Part shown: positions 30,901 through 39,916 of the stretch, in pieces
Layout of the letters: every line of letters starts with the position of its first letter
Position numbering within the stretch: the first letter of the stretch is position 1
IMG/VR virus record: IMGVR_UViG_3300020420_000671
Reading direction: 5' to 3' (one strand)
Source: a virus
Taxonomy: Duplodnaviria > Caudoviricetes
DNA length: 64,000 nucleotides
Notes under the pieces: generated by a model
The model's input: only the letters and a program-made list of their open reading frames with translations
What the model was told of the DNA's origin: nothing
Database searches by the model: none
Position numbers and translations under genes: made by a program

Positions 30901-33900
30901 TTTGCCCCCAATTTTCTGTTATATCCTGTGTTTCTAACAATTGAGAATATTGATAATGGTTTCCGCTTTTTCTATAAACAACAATTCTTCTATTAGGAAC
31001 ACTACTATCATTAGCATTTAAATATCTCGCTGTTGATATTAAGACATTTCCGTCCGTGCTTACATCATAGTCTGCTCCAAATTCTTCTAAGAATTTTTGT
31101 TCTAATGTACTTTCAGTGATACTAAAATTTGTATCGTTTGGAACGTAACCTAGTAAATCTACTCCGCTGTTCACTGTGTCCCATAAATTTAAATTAAATG
31201 CTCCAGGGACAGTATTTGTTTTTGCTTTGTATATTGTTTCTCCAAATCGTACAAGGTCATTAGTGAAGTAAGTAGATGCTGTGCTGTAAGTTCCCCTGTA
31301 GTTATTATCATTAGATAAAACAAAATCATCAGTACTGTTTTTATCAAATATATAAATTCTACCCTCATTCAACTCTGTCTTGTCACCGCCTGCTGAAACA
31401 AATAATTTATATGTACTTGCGTCTATTTGAGCAAACTTAATTTTTGTTCCTAATTTTCTATTAGGTGCCGAGTTTGGTACTGTATAATATCCTTTCAATG
31501 CAAAAGTTAATTCTTTTCTTTCGTATATGGCAAATGTACCTTCTTTGTCCAAGTTAGAACTGTAACCGCCTGTTGTTAATGGAATATTATAAGTCCTGTT
31601 CCAATCAAGATTTAAAGGTCCTGGCGGATTAGCTGAATCTTCAACACCAAGTATAGTTCTTGTGTTGTAAATCCAGTATTCTCTATCCTGTAAAAATATA
31701 GATGTACCAACTTGAATGTTTTGTCCTTTATCAACTATCAACATCACGCCAGCTGTGGTATTTTCTAAATGTGAACTACTAATAGGACCTATGGTTCTGA
31801 CTGTACTGTCATTTTCAACAAATGTCATACTAGACGTTTCACCAAAGTCTACACCTTTGCTAAATGTGCCGTTACGATTTTTAAGATAAATTCTTATTGT
31901 AGCAAATTCTCTTTGAATATAAGCCACTTCTGCTGTACTTCCAGTAGTCGAACAAGTAACAGTATCTCCTATTTGTGGTAGGAAAGGATCTCCGCTGAGA
32001 TCAAAATTTGTTAATCTAACAATACAAAAACCATTCCAAATATCAGATACTGTATGCTCTGTATTGTTTAGATAATCAAAACTTAAATTTAAAACTGGTT
32101 CTGGGTCTTGTCTTGTGCCACTGTTATATAAAGTGTTCGCCCACATTCTAAATTTATCTCCAACTTGATATGTGGCTCCATGCTGTAACTCTGTTCTTAC
32201 AAACCATCTTGTATCAATAACGTTTGAAGAAGTAGCTCCATTATAATAACTTAATATACCATAAAATGAATTTCTAGAAGGTTCGGTTGTTTGTTGTAAT
32301 ACTACTGTATCTAAAATATTTGTAAAAGGACTAGGTGTGCTAGGCGCACCCTCTTCCGCTAAAGTAAGATCTTGAACAACTAAATTAGGATTAGTTTCTA
32401 TTAAGTTTGTAGTGCTAAATGTGCTTCCTAAAGATATTTGCCACCAACCTGTATGATAATCATCACCTATATGATTTACGGTTGTAAAGGATCCAACAGT
32501 AACATTGTTACGTTGTACCGTACCTGATGTTTGTAGTTCTCCATTTACATTATTTAGATATAGTATCATTTTGTTATCAGAATCTATAAATCTATAAGCT
32601 ACGTTTGCTCTAGCTGTTTCTGTTGTTATTTCATCTCCTACATCTGGTACATCAAGTGCACTTATGACTTCTATAACCATTTTAATTTTGTTAACAATAA
32701 TATGGTTACCGTTTATAAAGGCGTCATTAATTACAGCGTCATTGTTAAAAGGTGATACACCTGACAGGGCACCAGTTTTGTACTGATTCCATTTTAATGT
32801 TAAAATGTCACCTGCTTTTGATGCTTCCCATTGTTGTGTTTCCGCTCTCACTAAAATATGATCTGTACTCGCATCTGGCATACTGTGATTACCACGCATC
32901 ATGTATACTATTGTGGGATAGCCTTGTGTGTTTGAATCATAATCATTTTCAGCCGCTTGTGCGTTTGAAGCATGATTAATACAACTTTGTACAGCCTGAG
33001 ATTCTATTATTCTATCTGCTTGCCAAAGTTGTTCTTTGTATAGGACAACATCGCCCCTTACATAAGCAGTTTGATTATTATAGTCTCCTTTATAAGAACT
33101 TTTAGTATTAGAAGCTTCTGGCGAACCAACAGCTAACCATTTACCATCTGGACTTAAAGAAGCACTAGTACCAAAGCCTCCGTTTTGATCAAAGTAAAAA
33201 GCATCTTCGTCTATTTGTTGTAATAAATTATAGTCCGTAGCTTCACTTGGTCTATTGTAGATATAAACACTTCCATTTAGATCTTTTGGAGCAGTAATTG
33301 CCATTAGATTATTTTGATCATTAACACTAATACTTGACCCGAAATCTTTTTGTGTGCTATCTAATAATCCTGCTGTAGTATTAACAATATTAGGTTTAAG
33401 CTCATATACCTGTTTGTAATTTAAGACAAGCCATTTACCAGTATCATCGTCGTCCACCCAGATCCTATCAGTATTTAAATTTTCACTTCCAATTGAAAAA
33501 GACCTTGAACCTTCGCCTTGTATGCTATCATTTGCTTCACTTAATTTTGTTAATCTAACGTTTTTAAATCTTGTAATAAATCCATTTGCTGTAGCTGTAG
33601 CTGTAATATTTTTTGTAGCTTCGTGTTCTAAAGTAATTACATTAAGAGATATACTTTTTATTTTGTAATAACCGTCAGTGTCTGTATCAATATCGTTGAC
33701 AGCTACTATGTCCCCTACTTCAAAATTTGTACCTTTATCTAAAGTAACAGTAAAGCTATTATCTACTGTATCAGTTGTGCTTTTAATTTTATATTCTGTT
33801 GGAATATATTTGTATACTCCCCAAGTTTTTTGTGACTTGTCAATTGCTGTCCAGACGTATTCTCCTCCCTTTAGATTTCCTAAAGTTTGTGTGGTGAGGT

Positions 33901-36900
33901 CTGTATAATTTAATAACTGTAAATTGACATCTAAAGGATTAACATATCCTGCGGACTTAACAAACATACTATCATCGTTATAGTACTTTGTTGGAAAAGG
34001 TTGATGGTTATAATTTTTAGATTTAGCGTAAACTCCATTTCTATCAAGTCTATATACTAAACTTGTATCTTGTGGATTCACTTCATTTACTAGTTCAACC
34101 GGTTGTGGTTCTAATCTATATTTTTCTTCGTCAAATAATAATTCAAATTGATCGTTACCTGTTGTTGCTCCATAACGTCCTGCTCTAATAGCCCACTCTT
34201 CAAAATATTCAATACTATCTTTGTTAGCACTTCCTAGTTTATCAAATAGTTTGTTTAAGACATTTCTTGTTCCTTTATCTTGAACCATTCCTTGGAAAAA
34301 TTTATATTGACTGACATCATCAGGAATAATGTTTTCAAGATACTTTCTCTTTTGATATCCTATCATATGTTGTGCTAACTTTTGCTGTTCCGTATCAAAG
34401 TTATCACTATCAAGATCATAAAAATCAGCAAACTGTCTAGCTTTGTAATCAAGATTTGGAAGTAATTGTTGTTCAGGTTTTCCATCTAATAACACAAAGT
34501 TACTTGCGTCAAATCTCAATGTGCCAGCCACATTATTTTTAGCCACATAATAAAATTCTTTATTTTGTACAATATCTCCAATTTTATAATCTTGATAAGA
34601 TGTCCATTCGTTAATAAAAGCATCGTCGAATATAAATCCAGGAACATTTAGAGATCCATTCCATTCATCAGATCTATAACCTTTAATTTTTAATCTTTCT
34701 TGCCTATAACCCTGTGGGCGATTATATATTACATCATTGAATACAGTAGTGTTATCTATTACAATAGCATGTTCTGTTTGAACAACTGGAACCTTGATAT
34801 GATATATTCCTTGATCTGTATTTTTGACATATATTCCAAAAACATTTGTGTTATCTCTTTCCGTTGTAGCAAAATCTGCTAATAATCTTTTTCCGTCTGC
34901 TTGTAGTAAACTATAATCGTAAAAATTATCATAAATGTCGTCCACAACAGTATACGGTTTTTCAAAGTATACTTGTCTAGCCGAAGGACTTATTGTAAGT
35001 ACAGCTCCTTCGCTCCAGTTTTGTGTAGACCAAAACATAAATTCTTTAGCACTTAAAGCCCAATTTTCTATCTCTTCTAAATCTTTGTTAAATGTATTAA
35101 ACTGAAACCCAACTGTTTTTAAATATTGTTCATATCCAATAATTAAATCAACTACGCCTTGTATATCCTCAAATACAGTTCCGTAATCAGTTTTTTGTAA
35201 TGTTGTATCAAATGTCTTAGAGAAATAAGCATTTGCTCCTCCTTCAGAAGGTAATTCTTCTAATCTTGTAAAGAAACTTAAATCTATTGCTCCTCCTGAT
35301 GTGTGTCCTGTGTTTGTTCTATAAAAGATACCATTGTTTTCTACAATTTGTCCTAGTGAATAAGTTTTGCCAGTATCAAATGTAACAAAGTCTTCACTTA
35401 TTCCACCAACATTAACTAGTATGTCATTTTGTTTTCTAAGAACTGGAAATGTATTAAAATATGGTCTGTCTTTATCATAACCTTTTACAATAAACCCAGT
35501 TGGAATTTTTTCTATTATCATACCGCTGTATGAATATACATCCAAAGGAATACTTTTTGTTAGAACAACACTATAGTTTTCTTCAGGAACAAAAATATTA
35601 CCTTCATTTTTTGGATTCCTACTATCTAGTATAAGCCTAAATTTATTTTTTTGTGTGAATCCGCCAATTTTATGTCCTAATTTATTTTCTAAACTACCTA
35701 GTCTAGTTTTATATGTTTTAAAACTGATGTCATCATTTCCTGCTAGGAAACCCTGCATATAATTTACTAATCCCGCAGTAAAAACTCTTGTAGTATCACT
35801 AGGCAAATTAGGAAATTTAATATCTTTTAAATTTATCCTTTTAGAAGTATCTGAATAAACAAGTTGTCCTGCTAAATTTCTTGCTATTCTACTTCTATCA
35901 AATGCTACGCCAAATAATTGTGCTGGTTGTCTAAGCATCCATGCTCTGATAAAAGCAAACGGATAATGAGAACTTCTTCTCCATGCTGTTTCCACAGGAC
36001 TTTCATCACCAAACTTAAAGCTGTCGTCATAATTACTTGCTATACCGCCTCGTAAATATCCTGTAGATACTGGATCTAAAATATTTCCTTGTGAATCTAC
36101 AGGAATATATTTTGTCAAATCTTTTATTTTAAATTTTCTTCTGTATTCAATTTTTTTATTGGGTTCTCTTACTATTCCTTTTTCTAGATCTTGCCATAAA
36201 GATAAATTATTGCTAGTATAAGGCGCTGGACCGTAAGTTGTATCAAACCAAGATGGTTTAATTTTGTATCCTAAACATTCCCAAGGATGTGTATGAGGTC
36301 GATCTGTATTGTAATAGTCTTTAAAAATTGCTCTCCATCCACCTGGTACAGCGTTACTGTCAGGATCAGAATGTTTGTAAAAATTTATACTAAAATTATT
36401 GCCGTTTTTATAATAGCTGTTAGTTGTATAATCCGGATTACCTACAGTTTCTAACCAACGATTGAAATCAGCAATCATAATATCAGCAGTTCTGTATCTA
36501 TCAAATGCCGTAGGTTGTGATTTAGAATTCAAAAAGTCTTGAATATCTATGATAGACTCATCGTAATCAATTTTAATGTTGTTATAAATCCTTTTTTCAA
36601 GATCAAGTATAAGTTCATCCCTATAATCTCCAAAGCATCTCCAAATAGATCCGTCATGACCTTGTATTACAGGTTGAGCCGCAGGCCATTCATCAAACAA
36701 ATTGCTGTCATTATCAGCATGATTCATAGAACTGGTTGGCATGAACCATAATCTGTTATCACCAGCAAAAGTATGAGTATGAGCAATTCCAGTTCCACCA
36801 TTGCTTTTGTCGTATGCTTGTGCGGATACTTCATCTGTAAATAAAGGATAAAACCAACCTACTTTATTTTTGTAAGATTGTGTAGTTGTAGTGTCTCTAC

Positions 36901-39900
36901 CATATACTTTATATGGGCCTGTTGAATCCGGAATCGAAGATATGTATGTTGTGTCCAACATTATTTCTGGAACATATTTAGGATACAAACCAAGTTTAGT
37001 AGGTGTAGGACTAATCCAACATCCGTCGGTAGATTCGTATTCATATATCTTAAGAATTTGATCAGCTGTGACAGATATCTTTAATTCTACAAAAGCATCA
37101 GGATCAATAGTATAATCAATGTCTTTGACCAATTGCTTATCGTCAAGATATACTAAAATAGCATTTTCATTAAGTTTAGTAAAACTAACTGCTCTGCTAA
37201 TAGGAAAAATTGTTTGCGAAGAATCTTCTATTTTAAATTCTGCTAAAGTGTCTCCACCAAAAGGAACCATATCACTAAAATAAAATGGATCTTGTTTTGT
37301 ATTTGTTTCAAATATTTTGTCTAAAATTTTGTCTACATGTATTTTTGTATCACCGTTAAATCCTAGTTCATCAGCAGTTTTTAAAAATTCTCTTTTAAAT
37401 TTTATATATTCCAAACCGGCATAATTTACAGCCCTATTCATATCAAATTCTTTTGTGGTTAGATTGAACATTGGTAGGTTTATTGGTCCTGAATGCTGTA
37501 AAAATTTTAAACCAAAATTAGATGTTGGTCCTAAATCTCGTAAGTTTCCTGCGCCAGGATAAACTCCTGTGAAGTCGCTTACATTACTGACAATACTATC
37601 AACATGATCGATTACTTCTCCTAATGTAAATGTAACAACATTCTCATTCATAGGATTTTTTTCTAAATTAATAGGAAATTTATAATGCCCTCTTTGATTT
37701 TTTTGTGTGCTAGATACTGTTTCAATTACTACTTTTTCATCATCTGCTAAATCAGTGTTGAATCTTACGTAGGCATATCTATTGATTCTATCTATTGTAT
37801 ATGTAGAATCCTCTACTTGTAAAACGTTGTTGAGATAAACTTTTATCTTTAAATCATTTAAATCTCCACTGTTATCATATACGTCAATAATAAAGTTATT
37901 GTTTCTTGGTCCGGTAGTATATTGTTTAACCACAGGCTGTGCTGACAAAGATTTTGCTTTGATCCAACCTGTAACATTTGTATACGTGCTTATATCGGTA
38001 TACTTACGTAAAATGCCAGTATCAGTACTTGCTGTAATTACATCAGCAACTTGATCATAATTATAAGTATCACTTAATAAATTAAAATCAAAAGTGATAT
38101 CACCACTATTTTCTATAGTTCTATATGTTAGTGGAAAACCTAATTCTGTATCATTAGTGCCTGTACCTTCCTTGTAAGAAAACAATTTATTTCCTTTGAA
38201 AGTGCTTCCTTCTAAAGTGTTAAGTGCGACGCCAGTATCATTAAATAGATCAAACAACGGTGATTGATTGATAGCTGTTTTATTTTGGCCTAGTTTCCAC
38301 CCAGTGCCTGTATAATAATAGATTTTACCTTTATTTTTATCTCCAGATTTAACTAAAACAGTTTGATTTGTGCTAGGTGTAGTATCAGTAGTTTCTACAA
38401 GTGTAATTTGATTATTACTATTTTGGCTTATAAACTTAACTTCATAAATTTTTCCATTTACGAAACTATCAGGATCAGCTGTAAACAGCACACGCATTCC
38501 TTGAACCAATTCTGTGCCGTCAACAAAGTATCCTGGGCTTCCTTCTATATTTGAAAATACGTCTGTAGTAACTGTATCAATTACGTCTACGGATTTTTTA
38601 GCAAAAGTTCCAAAGTCGTAAAGTTTCAATCCAGCGTCAAATTCAATAATAGGTCGAATTGCTCTAAAATTTTGATCTAGAGTAGTTGCTACTTCATTAA
38701 TTTTAGCAGTCACATCAATAACATCTTTGTGCGTCCATTTATTATATCTGGACCATTGATTTCTGTCTTTTGAAGCTCTGTTAATTACGATGTAATCTTT
38801 TTTATCAGCGTATGATACAGCATCATCAAAAGGAAAGTCATCAAATCCTCCTTCATCAAATTCTATATCCTGATCCTGTAGGTACCCTGCGGTAATTTCA
38901 ATATCAGATTCTGATATTAATTGTATTGAATCTCCCACACCTTCAACATACCAATAGCCTTCTGCGTATTTTGTTGGATTTAGGTTGCCATAAAACTTTA
39001 CTTTCATTCCATTTGATAAATCATATCCGTTGGTCATTGTGTATGATTTTTTACCAACAATATCTTTATCAACGTCTAGAAACGTATTATCTATGATATC
39101 CTTTATTATTATAAGTCCTGAAGCTTCAATGTTGTTAGAATCAACATAGTACAATACTCCAGGAGATTCTAAATCTACTGTAAATTCTAAAACTCCATCT
39201 TCTGTTTTCTGTCCTGTAATACCTTTTGTGTATAGGTTGTTATCATTTGTAATATCTACAGATGTTCTAATTGAAAATGGCATGTCTACAGTATCTACTT
39301 CAAATCTATAAGTCTGTCCTTTATATAAAGTTAGTGTAGGATTTCCTGTAGGATTATCTTGATTAAAAACATAAGCGTCGTTGTCCAAATTTACTTGTTT
39401 TGTAACTTTGTATGTGCTTTTTACATTTCTAAATGACCCGTATACTGGAATAGCATCTGGACCGCCCGGTAACCAATAATACTCTCTAAAGTTTGTAAAC
39501 TTATCCCAATTGATATGTGGATTCCAAGCATAATATTCTTGGGAAAATAATGCATCATGATTGCTAGTATCAACGCCACGAATCTTTATGCTGTTATATA
39601 AATCTCTATAATCTCTATAGAAAATATTATTACCAACAGAATCATTAATTACAGAAACAGGTTCTAATTGATATTGATCTCTATCTAAACTTATTTCAGA
39701 TACATAATTGTCACTAGCCTTAAAGGCCTTGGCATCTTTCCTACCTACGTATCCGTCAACCTTTTCTACGCTACCTGGCTGTACTAATTGATCTAGTGTG
39801 CTTGATAAGAATTTTTTATTTGCTACTGTGCGATAATAACGTGGCAGTAAATCGGCAGATCTTCTTTTATTTTTATCTGCGTCATTTACTGGAATAGCAT

Positions 39901-39916
39901 TTTCATCTTGTGCCAT
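24956..39916 (-). CDS. Giant (4986 aa) virion structural protein, probable baseplate wedge/peripheral component
   Basis: Uninterrupted 15-kb ORF after the gp6-like gene; FG-S-x-S propeller-type repeats, Trp/Tyr carbohydrate-binding-like repeats, repeated F(T)GDG modules. Confidence 0.75.
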   Translation of the reverse strand: MAQDENAIPVNDADKNKRRSADLLPRYYRTVANKKFLSSTLDQLVQPGSVEKVDGYVGRKDAKAFKASDNYVSEISLDRDQYQLEPVSVINDSVGNNIFYRDYRDLYNSIKIRGVDTSNHDALFSQEYYAWNPHINWDKFTNFREYYWLPGGPDAIPVYGSFRNVKSTYKVTKQVNLDNDAYVFNQDNPTGNPTLTLYKGQTYRFEVDTVDMPFSIRTSVDITNDNNLYTKGITGQKTEDGVLEFTVDLESPGVLYYVDSNNIEASGLIIIKDIIDNTFLDVDKDIVGKKSYTMTNGYDLSNGMKVKFYGNLNPTKYAEGYWYVEGVGDSIQLISESDIEITAGYLQDQDIEFDEGGFDDFPFDDAVSYADKKDYIVINRASKDRNQWSRYNKWTHKDVIDVTAKINEVATTLDQNFRAIRPIIEFDAGLKLYDFGTFAKKSVDVIDTVTTDVFSNIEGSPGYFVDGTELVQGMRVLFTADPDSFVNGKIYEVKFISQNSNNQITLVETTDTTPSTNQTVLVKSGDKNKGKIYYYTGTGWKLGQNKTAINQSPLFDLFNDTGVALNTLEGSTFKGNKLFSYKEGTGTNDTELGFPLTYRTIENSGDITFDFNLLSDTYNYDQVADVITASTDTGILRKYTDISTYTNVTGWIKAKSLSAQPVVKQYTTGPRNNNFIIDVYDNSGDLNDLKIKVYLNNVLQVEDSTYTIDRINRYAYVRFNTDLADDEKVVIETVSSTQKNQRGHYKFPINLEKNPMNENVVTFTLGEVIDHVDSIVSNVSDFTGVYPGAGNLRDLGPTSNFGLKFLQHSGPINLPMFNLTTKEFDMNRAVNYAGLEYIKFKREFLKTADELGFNGDTKIHVDKILDKIFETNTKQDPFYFSDMVPFGGDTLAEFKIEDSSQTIFPISRAVSFTKLNENAILVYLDDKQLVKDIDYTIDPDAFVELKISVTADQILKIYEYESTDGCWISPTPTKLGLYPKYVPEIMLDTTYISSIPDSTGPYKVYGRDTTTTQSYKNKVGWFYPLFTDEVSAQAYDKSNGGTGIAHTHTFAGDNRLWFMPTSSMNHADNDSNLFDEWPAAQPVIQGHDGSIWRCFGDYRDELILDLEKRIYNNIKIDYDESIIDIQDFLNSKSQPTAFDRYRTADIMIADFNRWLETVGNPDYTTNSYYKNGNNFSINFYKHSDPDSNAVPGGWRAIFKDYYNTDRPHTHPWECLGYKIKPSWFDTTYGPAPYTSNNLSLWQDLEKGIVREPNKKIEYRRKFKIKDLTKYIPVDSQGNILDPVSTGYLRGGIASNYDDSFKFGDESPVETAWRRSSHYPFAFIRAWMLRQPAQLFGVAFDRSRIARNLAGQLVYSDTSKRINLKDIKFPNLPSDTTRVFTAGLVNYMQGFLAGNDDISFKTYKTRLGSLENKLGHKIGGFTQKNKFRLILDSRNPKNEGNIFVPEENYSVVLTKSIPLDVYSYSGMIIEKIPTGFIVKGYDKDRPYFNTFPVLRKQNDILVNVGGISEDFVTFDTGKTYSLGQIVENNGIFYRTNTGHTSGGAIDLSFFTRLEELPSEGGANAYFSKTFDTTLQKTDYGTVFEDIQGVVDLIIGYEQYLKTVGFQFNTFNKDLEEIENWALSAKEFMFWSTQNWSEGAVLTISPSARQVYFEKPYTVVDDIYDNFYDYSLLQADGKRLLADFATTERDNTNVFGIYVKNTDQGIYHIKVPVVQTEHAIVIDNTTVFNDVIYNRPQGYRQERLKIKGYRSDEWNGSLNVPGFIFDDAFINEWTSYQDYKIGDIVQNKEFYYVAKNNVAGTLRFDASNFVLLDGKPEQQLLPNLDYKARQFADFYDLDSDNFDTEQQKLAQHMIGYQKRKYLENIIPDDVSQYKFFQGMVQDKGTRNVLNKLFDKLGSANKDSIEYFEEWAIRAGRYGATTGNDQFELLFDEEKYRLEPQPVELVNEVNPQDTSLVYRLDRNGVYAKSKNYNHQPFPTKYYNDDSMFVKSAGYVNPLDVNLQLLNYTDLTTQTLGNLKGGEYVWTAIDKSQKTWGVYKYIPTEYKIKSTTDTVDNSFTVTLDKGTNFEVGDIVAVNDIDTDTDGYYKIKSISLNVITLEHEATKNITATATANGFITRFKNVRLTKLSEANDSIQGEGSRSFSIGSENLNTDRIWVDDDDTGKWLVLNYKQVYELKPNIVNTTAGLLDSTQKDFGSSISVNDQNNLMAITAPKDLNGSVYIYNRPSEATDYNLLQQIDEDAFYFDQNGGFGTSASLSPDGKWLAVGSPEASNTKSSYKGDYNNQTAYVRGDVVLYKEQLWQADRIIESQAVQSCINHASNAQAAENDYDSNTQGYPTIVYMMRGNHSMPDASTDHILVRAETQQWEASKAGDILTLKWNQYKTGALSGVSPFNNDAVINDAFINGNHIIVNKIKMVIEVISALDVPDVGDEITTETARANVAYRFIDSDNKMILYLNNVNGELQTSGTVQRNNVTVGSFTTVNHIGDDYHTGWWQISLGSTFSTTNLIETNPNLVVQDLTLAEEGAPSTPSPFTNILDTVVLQQTTEPSRNSFYGILSYYNGATSSNVIDTRWFVRTELQHGATYQVGDKFRMWANTLYNSGTRQDPEPVLNLSFDYLNNTEHTVSDIWNGFCIVRLTNFDLSGDPFLPQIGDTVTCSTTGSTAEVAYIQREFATIRIYLKNRNGTFSKGVDFGETSSMTFVENDSTVRTIGPISSSHLENTTAGVMLIVDKGQNIQVGTSIFLQDREYWIYNTRTILGVEDSANPPGPLNLDWNRTYNIPLTTGGYSSNLDKEGTFAIYERKELTFALKGYYTVPNSAPNRKLGTKIKFAQIDASTYKLFVSAGGDKTELNEGRIYIFDKNSTDDFVLSNDNNYRGTYSTASTYFTNDLVRFGETIYKAKTNTVPGAFNLNLWDTVNSGVDLLGYVPNDTNFSITESTLEQKFLEEFGADYDVSTDGNVLISTARYLNANDSSVPNRRIVVYRKSGNHYQYSQLLETQDITENWGQTIAISNDGKKIAVGAPDNSTRDIRGGAVYIYLQGTDGNFSLNQTLRPIDRTSNTRFGSKLDFDGNTLAIASRGGDLERVTTLDQDTTIFDNGNTPFKVIDNDSGLVSIYETVNNSLLYGQDFAYDKDTQDFGSIMLVKDNHVYLGLPKQQILSNNTVDRGLVAEYRKAVNSTSWTIGRQPVVPIDVEKLKGINLFDKTTNGLVTYLDYIDPLQGKIAGTAEQEITFKVSYDPAKYSVATASGTTLDTLDYTADKWVGKIWWDIGSARFINHHQGDILESTANFNTLFSGTTADVYEWVQSDLLPSEWDSQTGTEEGLSNGISGTTKYGDSAYSTRRIYDSASQTFSNNYYYWVKDKATLPSDTTRKTTALDVGRLITAPAQQGVRFIAPLGNNRFSLYNCSSLIKDKDVGITFNWWTIDNQEQNVHNEYQIISDGLETSIPNNTIKQKWIDSLVGFDVNDRPVPDEDLPIRQKYGNLNEPRQSWFVNRTEARKQFTERVNKILKTQLIVDNKDLSGLNSVDPQPSSVSGIYDTTSDTFAELRFISVANVKQASLTLEVENGTIINVLINDAGKGYINSPTYKIKDTTGTGAELSFVLATDGSISAVNIVNGGTNYVSPTIEVRKFSVLAKTDETVGGKWAVFAWDGTEWLRTLTQAYDVNAYWQYIDWYETDYNSFTPINYTITSSYELYGLGDKIGDVVKINNVGTGGWLLLEKEDNQDTEDYTINYKTIGRQNGTIEFKNSLYDVTNENIAYDGSGFDKIFYDTEPVAEMRLIIGILENNIFVDDLLKHWNECFFAGLRYVFTEQPNVDWAFKTSFIKAKHNVGELDQRITFKNDSLPSYESYINEVKPYRTKVREYLSSYEKTDPSSTVVTDFDLPTVYNELEGRITPQSIQVIDNKIESGFSEITKYPSKHWAENIGFELQSLNIADTGSGYLDAPIIKITGGGGSGAKATAFIGTDGKITAVKVNSTGSGYLSQPTITLEGTLQDGGTPARLSPVLGGGKARSTHLRCKFDRVTGTYLFSQLSTSETFTTSSNQQIFDLKWPMQLKNTQITVTVDGLEALRSEYTFENKSDTTKGYLRKYGRIFFTEPQTASKSVVITYNKSAELLQAQDRINFYYNPTTGMFGNDLGQILDGVDYGGVEVSSYSFGTGTGWDSDGWFTTTYDTFDTTFDDEIFQMDGSTEVFTLSKPLENNAVYNVYLNGKRIDDPNFGTASQTNVNAVMSSITGNGTQTTITITNDIQKFKANDVVVFRKTTSDGSFLPDPRSYDTILSGGDLQFSTAKGINPEEIIIDGDGFVTPTTSKGPEEQVPGQVLDTVDIKVFHRPEQGGSLLSSNCYNADGNTVDFGFGIQPQSENGLYVRLNRITQAPTAYTVDYKNKTVRLNATPTNGTSVNIISVSGNGENIVEFDEFTGDGCTTQFKTKAHWTTKLDYIATVDGKEVQSVLVSSEDSAIEDPKAVIVFGRAPRDGSVINFAVYDKVQSYSKIETQEFTGDGSTLNFTLEKTPYSAIPHTHNVVVQVGNKILNAGYNQQFTVQAGVSEYFLEIWQTPIGSFDNSNVLAILNGTELKIATEFNIRPANSSIILEPGIGQPGDILEVYIRDDGEYAFGAVEVIDNQNTWVETPGILKLDVAPAVGETVKITTYSKHDVQDFERQNFDVIARSTLAVGSEDHIQYNHLKAGLVELRKTAIDAQYIWFIVNGELKTPSVDYYLTDDKKFVKYNNNLVDNDVVEIIQYSSDGPLTPKFGFSQFKDILNRNIYKRLGDVAPLKLAEELKVTDKQINLIDASTISAPDKNSGIPGILFINGERITFLIKQGNVLKQLQRATLGTGAPDVHPVGSDVYNQGLQQTAPYADTTITEDFVGDGSTSVYELSFTPSSVNEFEVFVAGKRLRKTSIQMFDVTRNQDSPEADITSPAQFSVDGTTNQLTLTNTPANLAKIQVIRRTGTLWTDSGQSLNDAESLVARFFKAEKVELPK

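Noticed and set aside
18860-38554. Numerous 60-170 aa plus-strand ORFs opposite the fibre and giant genes, and similar ones elsewhere
   Set aside because: Antisense shadows of long coding genes, with no SD, promoter or recognisable motif
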